DNA of 64,000 nucleotides from Escherichia coli (GTDB lineage Bacteria; Pseudomonadota; Gammaproteobacteria; Enterobacterales; Enterobacteriaceae): NCBI RefSeq assembly GCF_044324875.1, contig NZ_CP172185.1; one strand, 5' to 3'. Shown piece by piece: positions 11,290 to 24,158 of this stretch (position 1 is its first letter; each line of letters starts with the position of its first letter). The notes under the pieces were generated by a model. It saw only the letters and a program-made list of their open reading frames with translations, ran no database searches and was not told where the DNA came from. The position numbers and the translations under genes were made by a program.

Positions 11290-12585
11290 ATGGTTAGTTT
11301 AGAGAAGAACGATCACTTAATGTTGGCGCGCCAGCTGCCATTGAAATCTGTTGCCCTGATACTGGCGGGAGGACGTGGTACCCGCCTGAAGGATTTAACC
11401 AATAAGCGAGCAAAACCGGCCGTACACTTCGGCGGTAAGTTCCGCATTATCGACTTTGCGCTGTCTAACTGCATCAACTCCGGGATCCGTCGTATGGGCG
11501 TAATCACCCAGTACCAGTCCCACACTCTGGTGCAGCACATTCAGCGCGGCTGGTCATTCTTCAATGAAGAAATGAACGAGTTTGTCGATCTGCTGCCAGC
11601 ACAGCAGAGAATGAAAGGGGAAAACTGGTATCGCGGCACCGCAGATGCAGTTACCCAAAACCTCGACATTATCCGCCGTTATAAAGCGGAATACGTGGTG
11701 ATCCTGGCGGGCGACCATATCTACAAGCAAGACTACTCGCGTATGCTTATTGACCACGTCGAAAAAGGCGCACGTTGCACCGTTGCTTGTATGCCAGTAC
11801 CGATTGAAGAAGCCTCCGCATTTGGCGTTATGGCGGTTGATGAGAACGATAAAATTATCGAATTCGTTGAAAAACCTGCTAACCCACCGTCAATGCCGAA
11901 CGATCCGAGCAAATCTCTGGCGAGTATGGGTATCTACGTCTTTGACGCCGACTATCTGTATGAACTGCTGGAAGAAGACGATCGCGATGAGAACTCCAGC
12001 CACGACTTTGGCAAAGATTTGATTCCCAAGATCACCGAAGCCGGTCTGGCCTATGCACACCCATTCCCGCTCTCTTGCGTACAATCCGACCCGGATGCCG
12101 AGCCGTACTGGCGCGATGTGGGTACGCTGGAAGCTTACTGGAAAGCGAACCTCGATCTGGCCTCTGTGGTGCCGGAACTGGATATGTACGATCGCAATTG
12201 GCCAATTCGCACCTACAATGAATCATTACCGCCAGCGAAATTCGTGCAGGATCGCTCCGGTAGCCACGGGATGACCCTTAACTCACTGGTATCCGGCGGT
12301 TGTGTGATCTCCGGTTCGGTGGTGGTGCAGTCCGTTCTGTTCTCGCGCGTTCGCGTGAATTCATTCTGCAACATTGATTCCGCCGTATTGTTACCGGAAG
12401 TATGGGTAGGTCGCTCGTGCCGTCTGCGCCGCTGCGTCATCGATCGTGCTTGTGTTATTCCGGAAGGCATGGTGATTGGTGAAAACGCAGAGGAAGATGC
12501 ACGTCGTTTCTATCGTTCAGAAGAAGGCATCGTGCTGGTAACGCGCGAAATGCTACGGAAGTTAGGGCATAAACAGGAGCGATAA
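11290..12585 (+). CDS. glgC: glucose-1-phosphate adenylyltransferase
   Basis: Conserved start [20 protein letters not shown] at 11290; GGRGTRL nucleotide-binding motif. Confidence 0.95.
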
Positions 12586-14018
12586 TGCAGGTTTTACATG
12601 TATGTTCAGAGATGTTCCCGCTGCTTAAAACCGGCGGTCTGGCTGATGTTATTGGGGCATTACCCGCAGCACAAATCGCAGATGGCGTTGACGCTCGCGT
12701 ACTGTTGCCTGCATTTCCCGATATTCGCCGTGGCGTGACCGATGCGCAGGTAGTATCCCGACGTGATACCTTCGCCGGACATATCACGCTGTTGTTCGGT
12801 CATTACAACGGGGTTGGCATTTACCTGATTGACGCGCCGCATCTCTATGATCGTCCGGGAAGCCCGTATCACGATACCAACTTATTTGCCTATACCGACA
12901 ACGTATTGCGTTTTGCGCTGCTGGGGTGGGTTGGGGCAGAAATGGCCAGCGGGCTTGACCCATTCTGGCGTCCTGATGTGGTGCATGCGCACGACTGGCA
13001 TGCAGGCCTTGCGCCTGCGTATCTGGCGGCGCGCGGGCGTCCGGCGAAGTCGGTGTTTACTGTGCACAACCTGGCCTATCAAGGCATGTTTTATGCACAT
13101 CACATGAATGACATCCAATTGCCATGGTCATTCTTTAATATTCATGGGCTGGAATTCAACGGACAAATCTCTTTTCTGAAGGCCGGTCTGTACTATGCCG
13201 ATCACATTACGGCAGTCAGTCCAACCTACGCTCGCGAGATCACCGAACCGCAGTTTGCCTACGGTATGGAAGGTCTGTTGCAACAGCGTCACCGTGAAGG
13301 GCGTCTTTCCGGCGTACTGAACGGCGTGGACGAGAAAATCTGGAGTCCAGAGACGGACTTACTGTTGGCCTCGCGTTACACCCGCGATACGTTGGAAGAT
13401 AAAGCGGAAAATAAGCGCCAGTTACAAATCGCAATGGGGCTTAAGGTTGACGATAAAGTGCCGCTTTTTGCAGTGGTGAGCCGTCTGACCAGCCAGAAAG
13501 GTCTCGACCTGGTGCTGGAGGCCTTACCGGGTCTTCTGGAGCAGGGCGGGCAACTGGCGCTACTCGGCGCGGGCGATCCTGTGCTGCAGGAAGGTTTCCT
13601 TGCGGCGGCAGCGGAATACCCCGGCCAGGTGGGCGTTCAGATTGGCTATCACGAAGCATTTTCGCATCGCATTATGGGCGGCGCGGACGTCATTCTGGTG
13701 CCCAGCCGTTTTGAACCGTGCGGCTTAACGCAACTTTATGGATTGAAGTACGGTACGCTGCCGTTAGTGCGGCGCACCGGTGGGCTTGCTGATACGGTTT
13801 CTGATTGTTCTCTTGAGAACCTTGCAGATGGCGTCGCCAGTGGGTTTGTCTTTGAAGATAGTAATGCCTGGTCGCTGTTACGGGCTATTCGACGTGCTTT
13901 TGTACTGTGGTCCCGTCCTTCACTGTGGCGGTTTGTGCAACGTCAGGCTATGGCAATGGATTTTAGCTGGCAGGTCGCGGCGAAGTCGTACCGTGAGCTT
14001 TACTATCGCTTGAAATAG
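12585..14018 (+). CDS. glgA: glycogen synthase
   Basis: 477-aa ORF; start overlaps glgC stop (TAATG). Confidence 0.97.
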
Positions 14019-16484
<2,466 letters not shown>

Positions 16485-16502
16485 GTTCGCAAAGTGGTAA
16501 CT

Positions 16503-16550
16503 GCCGTGTGTTCTCTTAAAGCTATCGTTAATGGGCACACGGCATTTTTA
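16503..16550 (+). terminator. putative glgP terminator
   Basis: gccgtgtg ... cacacggc stem followed by attttta; large loop, so moderate confidence. Confidence 0.5.
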
Positions 16551-16555
16551 TATCA

Positions 16556-16966
16556 GATAAACGATATGTCATGACAATTTACAGACAGTATCGATATATA
16601 ATTCATATTTATTAATTTTTAATAATGATTCTCATCTGAGTATGTATCATACAATAAGCATTATAAATAACTAATAAATTATTTATTATATTTATATATT
16701 GCCCCACTCTTCAGTTATCCTGTCTAAAATAAATCTCTTTGTTTTCAAATGACTGTATTTTTATATAAAGTCAATCATTGCGAGCATGGATTCTTTTAGT
16801 TATATTACCAAGCAGCTCATATAATATTTTCAAGCCATTCTATCTCTTATTTTTTCTGTGGTTAACTACACCAGCTTTATTCATTTAAATAATTTGACTT
16901 ATTAAAGCTGAATGTAAAAATAATCGCCAATATTGCTTGGATTTTTTAACAAAAGGAAAGGTATAA
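16556..16966. promoter_or_regulatory. AT-rich leader/promoter region upstream of the fimbrial operon
   Basis: About 410 bp visibly far more AT-rich than flanking backbone, with AT palindromes (taataaattatttatta); SD-like aaaggaaagg before the pilin ATG. Confidence 0.45.
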
Positions 16967-17671
16967 ATGAAATTCAATCTATCTAATTTATCCGCAGTTT
17001 TACTCGCATCAGGTATGCTGATGTCAACTGTAGTAACCGCTGCGCCAGGCGATGCATCACAATTTGGTGGTGCGGATACAGACTGGAGCACCGTTGATTA
17101 TCCAAAACTCACCGATATGGATAACAACACCGATGCGATGGGCGGAAACATCCGCTTTACTGGTCGTGTGGTTAAAGCGACGTGTAAGGTTGCTACAGAA
17201 TCGAAACAGATTGAAGTGGTACTGCCAGTCGTACCTTCTAACGCTTTCACGGGCATTGATACCGAAGCAACGGGTGCCAGTAACCAGACTGACTTCAACA
17301 TTAAACTGACTGATTGTAGCAATACGGACAGTCAAAATATTGAATTTCGTTTTACTGGCGTAGCAGACGGTGCCAACCAGACGCTTGCCAATGAAGTGGA
17401 AGGAGCTGCTGATGCTGATGGTACTGGCGAAGCGGGAGCTACGGGTGTAGGGATTCGTATTTATTCTAAAAACACGACAACTGATGGCCTGATTAAGCTG
17501 AACACACAAACTCCCCAGGGGAGTAGTTCTTCCGCAGCCTACGTGATTCCTGGCGATGCTGCCACTCATGATTTTACTGCGGCATTTACCGCGGGCTATG
17601 CTCAGAACGGTAGTACCGTTGCACCAGGTCTGGTGAAATCGACGGCAAGTTTCGTCGTGCTGTACGAATAA
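16967..17671 (+). CDS. fimbrial major subunit (pilin), chaperone-usher class
   Basis: Signal peptide, Cys pair, C-terminal donor-strand-like end (STASFVVLYE); first gene of the cluster. Confidence 0.85.
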   Translation: MKFNLSNLSAVLLASGMLMSTVVTAAPGDASQFGGADTDWSTVDYPKLTDMDNNTDAMGGNIRFTGRVVKATCKVATESKQIEVVLPVVPSNAFTGIDTEATGASNQTDFNIKLTDCSNTDSQNIEFRFTGVADGANQTLANEVEGAADADGTGEAGATGVGIRIYSKNTTTDGLIKLNTQTPQGSSSSAAYVIPGDAATHDFTAAFTAGYAQNGSTVAPGLVKSTASFVVLYE

Positions 17672-17683
17672 TTACAGCAAGAT

Positions 17684-17717
17684 AATTTCAGGTTACAGTT
17701 ACTTGTAACCTGAAATT
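17684..17717 (+). terminator. intra-operon stem-loop between pilin and chaperone genes
   Basis: Perfect 14-bp stem aatttcaggttaca / tgtaacctgaaatt with 6-nt loop, 13 bp after the pilin stop. Confidence 0.5.
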
Positions 17718-17791
17718 AATATTACATGTTTATTGTAATAAATAGACACGTATCAGTAATTAAAAATTAGTTTCATCTACAAGGATGCAGT

Positions 17792-18544
17792 ATGAGATGG
17801 ATTTCAAAAAATAAATGTTTTTCGAATAGAAACATTAATTCTTTGCTGAAGACCCAATATGTCATAAGGGCCGGTGCTCTATTTTTACTATCCGCCATAT
17901 CTATCAATGCTATTGCTGCGGGTGGCTTCGGTCTTGGTTCTACGCGTCTGGTTTATCCATCTGACAGTCAGCAAATTACGCTAAGTGTACAGAATGGTGG
18001 GGCTAACACCAGCTATTTAATCCAGTCATGGATTGATGACAATCAAAGCAGTAAAAAAAGTCAGGATTTTGTGGTTACGCCTCCTTTATTTATGTTACCA
18101 ACGCGAAAAGAAGCCTCATTGAGGATAATGTTTATTGGTAAATCACAGTTACCGACTGATCGCGAAACATTATTCTGGATGAATGTGAAAGCGATTCCGC
18201 CAACGGATGAGAAGAATACCCAGAAAAACACGTTACAACTGGCGTTACAAAACAGAATTAAATTATTTTACCGTCCGACTAATTTACCCGTTCAAGCTGG
18301 TAAAGCACGGGATATGCTGCGATTTAAATACGAAGGTAAACAGCTGAGAGTCATTAACCCTTCTCCCTATTATCTGACGGTGACTGGAATCAGGGTGCAA
18401 GGGGCAAAATTACCTAATGCGTTTGTTCCACCGAAAAGTGACGTAACAGTGTCTTCACCAGTGACGTTAGCCGGTGAAATTACTTATCAAACTATCAATG
18501 ATTACGGTGCCACAACGGCCAGGCAAAAGGGAACGTTGCAATAA
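17792..18544 (+). CDS. PapD-like periplasmic fimbrial chaperone
   Basis: 250-aa ORF with signal peptide and PapD-like core (RLVYP, FWMNVKAIPP). Confidence 0.85.
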   Translation: MRWISKNKCFSNRNINSLLKTQYVIRAGALFLLSAISINAIAAGGFGLGSTRLVYPSDSQQITLSVQNGGANTSYLIQSWIDDNQSSKKSQDFVVTPPLFMLPTRKEASLRIMFIGKSQLPTDRETLFWMNVKAIPPTDEKNTQKNTLQLALQNRIKLFYRPTNLPVQAGKARDMLRFKYEGKQLRVINPSPYYLTVTGIRVQGAKLPNAFVPPKSDVTVSSPVTLAGEITYQTINDYGATTARQKGTLQ

Positions 18545-18585
18545 ACCTGGAAGATTAGAACGTTAAAGCAACTCAGGTCAGGGAT

Positions 18586-21177
18586 ATGAACCTAAAGCTC
18601 AAAAAACTCGAACACTGGATAGCAAGGCACAAGCAGATGGGACGGAGTATACCGCTCCTGCTCACACTTTTGCCTGCGTGTTCAGTGGCGGGTATGCGCT
18701 TTAACCCTGCATTCCTGTCGGGTGATACAGAAGCTGTTGCTGATTTATCTCGTTTTGAGAAAGGGATGACATATCTACCTGGTAGTTATGAGGTTGAAAT
18801 ATGGGTCAATGATTCGCCTTTGACATCACGTAAGGTTACTTTCAAAGCTGATGAGCAGAATCAGTTGATCCCCTGTTTTTCGCTCGATGAGTTAGTTACT
18901 TTAGGAATTAACAAAAGTGCATTGCCGGAACAGGCGCAAGCAGAGGGAAATAATTGTCTCGATTTACGTATATGGTTCGCAGAAGTTCAATACACTCCTG
19001 AACTGGATGCGCAACGACTCAAACTGACCTTTCCGCAGGCAATATTAAAGCATGAAGCCCGTGGTTATATTCCACCTGAGGAATGGGATAATGGTATCCC
19101 GGCCATTCTTATTAATTATGATTTTTCTGGCAACAGTGATCGTGGAGACTATGCGTCTGATAGTTATTATTTAAATCTCCGTTCAGGTTTAAATTTAGGG
19201 GCGTGGCGTTTTCGCGATTATTCTACATGGAGTCGTTCAGGTAATTCACCGGGTAAAATTGCACATGTGAGTAGTACGTTACAACGAGTAATTATTCCTT
19301 TTAAAAGTGAATTAACACTAGGTGATACCTGGTCTTCATCGGATGTTTTCGACAGTGTGAGTATTCGTGGTGCTAAACTTGAATCCGATGAAAACATGCT
19401 ACCCGATAGCCAAAGTGGTTTTGCCCCCACTGTGCGCGGTATTGCTAAAAGCAATGCTCAGGTAACGATCAAACAAAATGGCTATGTTATTTATCAGACA
19501 TATACTCCACCGGGACCCTTTGAAATCAACGATCTGAACCCTACGTCTTCCGCTGGGGATTTGGAAGTTACGATCAAAGAGTCTGATAATTCCGAAACTA
19601 TCTATACCATTCCTTACGCCGCTGTTCCCATTCTTCAACGCGAAGGGCATATTAAATATTCGGCAACTGCCGGTAAATATCGTAGCAATAGCTATAATCA
19701 AAACAGTCCGAATGTCTTTCAAGGAGATTTGATTTGGGGGTTACCCTGGGATATTACCGCCTACGGAGGGATGCAATACTCAAATAATTATCGGGCAATA
19801 GCACTCGGGCTTGGGTTCAACCTTGGTATGTTTGGTGCGACGTCATTTGATTTAACGCAAGCCAATAGCACGCTTGCCGATGGCAGTAAACATCAAGGGC
19901 AATTGTACCGTTTCCTATATTCAAAATCGTTAGTGCAGACAGGTACGGCTTTTCAGATTATTGGTTATCGCTATTCGACGGAGGGATTTTATTCGTTGAG
20001 TGATACCACATACAAACAAATGTCGGGTACGGTTATCGATCCAGATACCCTTAATGAAAAAGACTATGTTTATAACTGGAATGATTTTTATAATTTACGT
20101 TATAACAAAAGAGGAAAGTTTCAGGCAAATATATCGCAACCATTGGGCGAATATGGCTCTATGTATTTGGCGGCAAGTCAACAAACTTACTGGAATACGA
20201 ATAATAAAGATACCTTGTATCAGGTCGGCTATAATACGAGTGTACATGGGATTTATTTAAATATTGCTTATAATTATAGTAAGTCACCAGGTTCAGATGC
20301 GGACAGAATCTTATCCGTAAATGTCTCATTGCCGATCAGCAATTGGTTATCACTAGCTGTCGATGGGCGTACTGCGACAAATTCTATGACAGCAACTTAT
20401 GGTTATAGTCAGGATAATAGCGGTCATGTAAATCAGTATGCCGGAGTATCTGGATCGCTGCTGGAACAACATAATCTCAACTATAATATTCAACAAAATT
20501 TTGCCAACCAGAATAATGGCGAAAATGGCTCGGTAGGGATAAATTACCGTGGTACATATGGTTCACTAAATTCTGGATACAGCTACGATAATAATGGTAA
20601 CCAGCAATTTAACTATGGTTTAAGTGGTGCCCTGGTTATTCACGAAAATGGTCTCACGTTAAGCCAGCCGTTAGGAGAAACAAATATACTGATAAAAGCA
20701 CCTGGGGCAAACAATGTAAATGTGGAACGCGGAACGGGGGTTAAAACAGACTGGCGTGGCTATGCTGTCGTACCTTATGCCACGGAATATCGGCGTAATA
20801 ATATCTCTTTAGACCCTATGTCTATGAGTATGCATACAGAATTAGATGCTACTACTATGGAAGTGATACCCAGCAAAGGTGCTTTAGTTCGTGCTGAGTT
20901 TAATGCACATGTCGGTATTCGAGGTTTATTTAATGTTCACTATCGTAATAAACCAGTTCCATTTGGTGCGACGGTCAGTGTACCCACTGAGGGGACAACT
21001 CAGATTACAGGAATAGTGGGTGACAGTGGGCAGGTTTATCTCTCCGGTTTGCCTTTACAAGGCATAATAAATATACAGTGGGGAGAAAGTGCTTATCAGC
21101 AATGTCGGGCAAGTTATCAATTACCGAAAAGCGAACTGGATAATGCCATTAGCTATGCAAATCTGGAGTGCCGCTAA
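18586..21177 (+). CDS. fimbrial outer membrane usher (FimD/PapC family)
   Basis: 863-aa ORF, usher size and motifs, C-terminal Cys pair. Confidence 0.9.
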   Translation: MNLKLKKLEHWIARHKQMGRSIPLLLTLLPACSVAGMRFNPAFLSGDTEAVADLSRFEKGMTYLPGSYEVEIWVNDSPLTSRKVTFKADEQNQLIPCFSLDELVTLGINKSALPEQAQAEGNNCLDLRIWFAEVQYTPELDAQRLKLTFPQAILKHEARGYIPPEEWDNGIPAILINYDFSGNSDRGDYASDSYYLNLRSGLNLGAWRFRDYSTWSRSGNSPGKIAHVSSTLQRVIIPFKSELTLGDTWSSSDVFDSVSIRGAKLESDENMLPDSQSGFAPTVRGIAKSNAQVTIKQNGYVIYQTYTPPGPFEINDLNPTSSAGDLEVTIKESDNSETIYTIPYAAVPILQREGHIKYSATAGKYRSNSYNQNSPNVFQGDLIWGLPWDITAYGGMQYSNNYRAIALGLGFNLGMFGATSFDLTQANSTLADGSKHQGQLYRFLYSKSLVQTGTAFQIIGYRYSTEGFYSLSDTTYKQMSGTVIDPDTLNEKDYVYNWNDFYNLRYNKRGKFQANISQPLGEYGSMYLAASQQTYWNTNNKDTLYQVGYNTSVHGIYLNIAYNYSKSPGSDADRILSVNVSLPISNWLSLAVDGRTATNSMTATYGYSQDNSGHVNQYAGVSGSLLEQHNLNYNIQQNFANQNNGENGSVGINYRGTYGSLNSGYSYDNNGNQQFNYGLSGALVIHENGLTLSQPLGETNILIKAPGANNVNVERGTGVKTDWRGYAVVPYATEYRRNNISLDPMSMSMHTELDATTMEVIPSKGALVRAEFNAHVGIRGLFNVHYRNKPVPFGATVSVPTEGTTQITGIVGDSGQVYLSGLPLQGIINIQWGESAYQQCRASYQLPKSELDNAISYANLECR

Positions 21178-21740
21178 TGAATATATTACAAAAATTTATT
21201 CTATTAATGTTTAGATCATTGTTCATGATGGTGATTTCATATAACGCACTGGCTAACGATACTGTAGTGGTCACATTTACAGGACAATTATTAGCAAAAA
21301 CGTGTGATATTACAACTGGAAGTAAAGACCAGCCAGTAAACATGGGAACTTATGACGTCAATGATTTTTTGAATGTAGGGGATGTTTCTGGCAGCCATAC
21401 ATTTACGATCAATCTGGAAGGATGTCCTACAACAACCAGTACTGTTTATAGTTCAGGAGTAAGTGCTAATGTGCAGTTTACCGGGGATGCTGATGCTATA
21501 AATACCACTTTATTACGCCTTACTTCCAGCGCGGATAGTGCAACTGGAGTGGGCATCGAAATTTTAGACAGTAATGATAAAATTATAGCAATTAATAGTG
21601 AGTCAGGATTCAAAGAGTTAATTTTAAATAATAATGGCGATGCCAGTTTAACCTTTAAACTCCGCTATAAGTCAACTCAGCAAAACGTACATGCGGGACA
21701 GGCGAACGCACTATTGTACTTTGATATAGACTATCAGTGA
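21168..21740 (+). CDS. fimbrial minor subunit
   Basis: 190-aa pilin-like ORF ending ...LLYFDIDYQ; start may be the ATG at 21177 overlapping the usher stop. Confidence 0.8.
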   Translation: MPLMNILQKFILLMFRSLFMMVISYNALANDTVVVTFTGQLLAKTCDITTGSKDQPVNMGTYDVNDFLNVGDVSGSHTFTINLEGCPTTTSTVYSSGVSANVQFTGDADAINTTLLRLTSSADSATGVGIEILDSNDKIIAINSESGFKELILNNNGDASLTFKLRYKSTQQNVHAGQANALLYFDIDYQ

Positions 21741-21747
21741 GGTTAAT

Positions 21748-22272
21748 ATGACACGATATTGGAATTTAATTGCCCTATTATTCTCTGTGATATCTATGTC
21801 ATCCATTGCTGATGATACAACACATACAGGTGTTGTACGTATAGAAGGAATCATAACGGCAAAGACTTGTATTGTTGCCGATGAATCTAAAAATTTCACA
21901 GTTAACATGCCTGATGTTCCCAGCTATATGGTGAGAAATTCAGGGAGTGTTACTGAAAAAATTGGTTTCTCTGTAAAGTTAACCCGTTGTGGCAGTGATG
22001 TCAGTCATGCCAATGTCACGTTTGATGGAATACCAGTTAGTGAAGACGCAGCCCTATATAAACTGGAAGAGGGCTCAGTCGATGGGTTAGCACTGGCTAT
22101 TTTTGATAACAACAGACAAAGTATTAGTAATGGTATAAAGAGTACAAGTTATGCCCTTACACCATTGGTAGATAATACATTGCATTTCTCTGCTGCTTAT
22201 AAAGCTATAAAAAATGATGTACAACCAGGAGATGCGAATGCATCAGTTTCCTTTATCGTCACTTATGATTAA
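21748..22272 (+). CDS. fimbrial minor subunit
   Basis: 174-aa pilin-like ORF with signal peptide and Cys pair, ends ...SFIVTYD. Confidence 0.8.
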   Translation: MTRYWNLIALLFSVISMSSIADDTTHTGVVRIEGIITAKTCIVADESKNFTVNMPDVPSYMVRNSGSVTEKIGFSVKLTRCGSDVSHANVTFDGIPVSEDAALYKLEEGSVDGLALAIFDNNRQSISNGIKSTSYALTPLVDNTLHFSAAYKAIKNDVQPGDANASVSFIVTYD

Positions 22273-23014
22273 CGTGCTGATATGCATTTTAATATGTTGC
22301 ACAAATGCGCAGGCAGGAGTTGTTGTTGGCGGTACTCGTTTTGTTTACCCAGAAAAGCAGTCATCAATTTCGGTCGAGCTTAAAAATACTGCCAGTAAAG
22401 ATATGCTGGTTAAAATTTCCGTGACACCTGATGATGGACGTCAGTTAAAAGGGACACTGGAATCCCAGCCTTTACTTCCAGATAAGGCGTTTATTGCCAC
22501 ACCACCATTATTGGTACTTAAACAAGATAAAAATACCAAAATAAGAATCAATCGCGTGGGGGGGCAGTTACCTATAGATCGTGAGAGTTTATTTATACTG
22601 AATATTGCAGCGTTACCTGCTCAGGAACAAAACTCACAGCTTAAGAATGAAAATCAACTCCAGGTGGCTGTACGTAATAGGATGAAAATATTTTACCGCC
22701 CAGAGACGTTATCAGGTAATCCACTTGACGCTTATCAACAGTTACGCTGGTCGCGAAAGAATGAAGCTGTCACCGTTTTTAACCCTACGCCCTGGTATGT
22801 GACACTCTATAATTTATCTATTGATGGTAAAAGCATAAATGGTGGCATGGTTGCACCGTTTAGTCATCGCCAACAGGATTGGTGTCAGCGGCAAGGATAT
22901 TGTGAGATTAACTGGCAAACACTAGATCTTTACAATAATGCCTTACCCGTATGGAGCGTAAAATTAAATGTTTTACAAAATAATGTGATGAGTGCAGTAG
23001 CGATACATGGATAA
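22238..23014 (+). CDS. second PapD-like fimbrial chaperone
   Basis: PapD-like motifs (TRFVYP, LFILNIAALP); start placed at the ATG at 22238 preceded by AGGAG; ORF-track start 22214 and the ATG at 22265 are alternatives. Confidence 0.8.
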   Translation: MHQFPLSSLMINVLICILICCTNAQAGVVVGGTRFVYPEKQSSISVELKNTASKDMLVKISVTPDDGRQLKGTLESQPLLPDKAFIATPPLLVLKQDKNTKIRINRVGGQLPIDRESLFILNIAALPAQEQNSQLKNENQLQVAVRNRMKIFYRPETLSGNPLDAYQQLRWSRKNEAVTVFNPTPWYVTLYNLSIDGKSINGGMVAPFSHRQQDWCQRQGYCEINWQTLDLYNNALPVWSVKLNVLQNNVMSAVAIHG

Positions 23015-24158
23015 CTGGAGAAGCATGATGCTTACTTATTTTTGGGGAAATATAAAAGCAATTTGTATATTGTTTGTTCTTTTAGTCAGTAGCTGCTATA
23101 ACATAGTATATGCTGAAGATATGGGACGGGATCGCGCCTTTTGTTATCCTGGTGCACCAGGTAATAATACTACTCCTGCGACATTTTCTTATAATTTTGG
23201 TACGGTAATTGTCTCAGATGTTAATAATAATTCGCCTGGGACAGTATTACCCTCGCAGGACTGGAAAATAGGGCATTATAAGGCTTATTGTAATTCTCTG
23301 GATGATTATGAGGTTTATTTTTCTGGTGTTTCTGGGATTGATCCGTCAGGAGCGTCTGGTGATCATCAGGGGAGCGATATATTTATTCCTTTGACTCATG
23401 AAATATCTGTCTCGACACATGTAAAGCTCTATAATAAAAATGGCACAATGACAGATAAGGCAGTACCTTTTGACAACTATAGCACCAATTATCCAGCAGA
23501 CAGAAGTAAACCATCAAGTTGGGCCTCAGGAACAGAAGGTTATATAAAAATCAGACTTGATAAAAAAATAATATCCGATATATCAATAAATAACGTATTG
23601 CTGGTTTCTTTGTATGTCAGCCAGTTTCCAACAGAGCACGGACCAATTCCAGTATTTAATGCTTATATTGGCAACTTAAATATTGAAGTTCCACAAGGTT
23701 GCACAATTAATGAGGGAACTAGTTTTACCGTTAATATGCCGGATGTCTGGGCCAGCGAATTAAGTCGGGCTGGTGCTGGAGTGAAGCCCACGGGCGTTTC
23801 TCCAGTGGCAACCACTATTCCGATAAACTGTACGAACAAAGATATTGATGCCGTAATGACGCTGGTTTTTGATGGCAATATTTCATCAACGAGAGATGTT
23901 AATGGTCGGCAAAGCATTATTCAGGCGGAGGATAACCCCGACGTTGGTATTATGATTATGGATAGCCAACAGGAATCCGTAGACTTGAACGCTCTTGCTG
24001 CGCATGTTGGTGTGCCATTTAAGTTAGTTGAAAACCGGGCTGAGTCAGCTCAGACGGCAGATGTGACTTTTCTGTCTCTCCCTGTAAGTACCACAGGGCG
24101 ACGCCCTGCTGCGGGTCGTTATAATGCCCTGGCTGTTTTGCGGGTGGAATACCAGTGA
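23007..24158 (+). CDS. putative two-domain fimbrial tip adhesin
   Basis: 383-aa ORF with signal peptide, pilin-like C-terminus (ALAVLRVEYQ); last gene of the cluster. Confidence 0.75.
   Translation: MDNWRSMMLTYFWGNIKAICILFVLLVSSCYNIVYAEDMGRDRAFCYPGAPGNNTTPATFSYNFGTVIVSDVNNNSPGTVLPSQDWKIGHYKAYCNSLDDYEVYFSGVSGIDPSGASGDHQGSDIFIPLTHEISVSTHVKLYNKNGTMTDKAVPFDNYSTNYPADRSKPSSWASGTEGYIKIRLDKKIISDISINNVLLVSLYVSQFPTEHGPIPVFNAYIGNLNIEVPQGCTINEGTSFTVNMPDVWASELSRAGAGVKPTGVSPVATTIPINCTNKDIDAVMTLVFDGNISSTRDVNGRQSIIQAEDNPDVGIMIMDSQQESVDLNALAAHVGVPFKLVENRAESAQTADVTFLSLPVSTTGRRPAAGRYNALAVLRVEYQ

Noticed and set aside
16556-16966. fim-like invertible promoter switch upstream of the pilin
   Set aside because: No convincing pair of flanking inverted repeats found by eye and no recombinase gene in the island; left as unresolved rather than called
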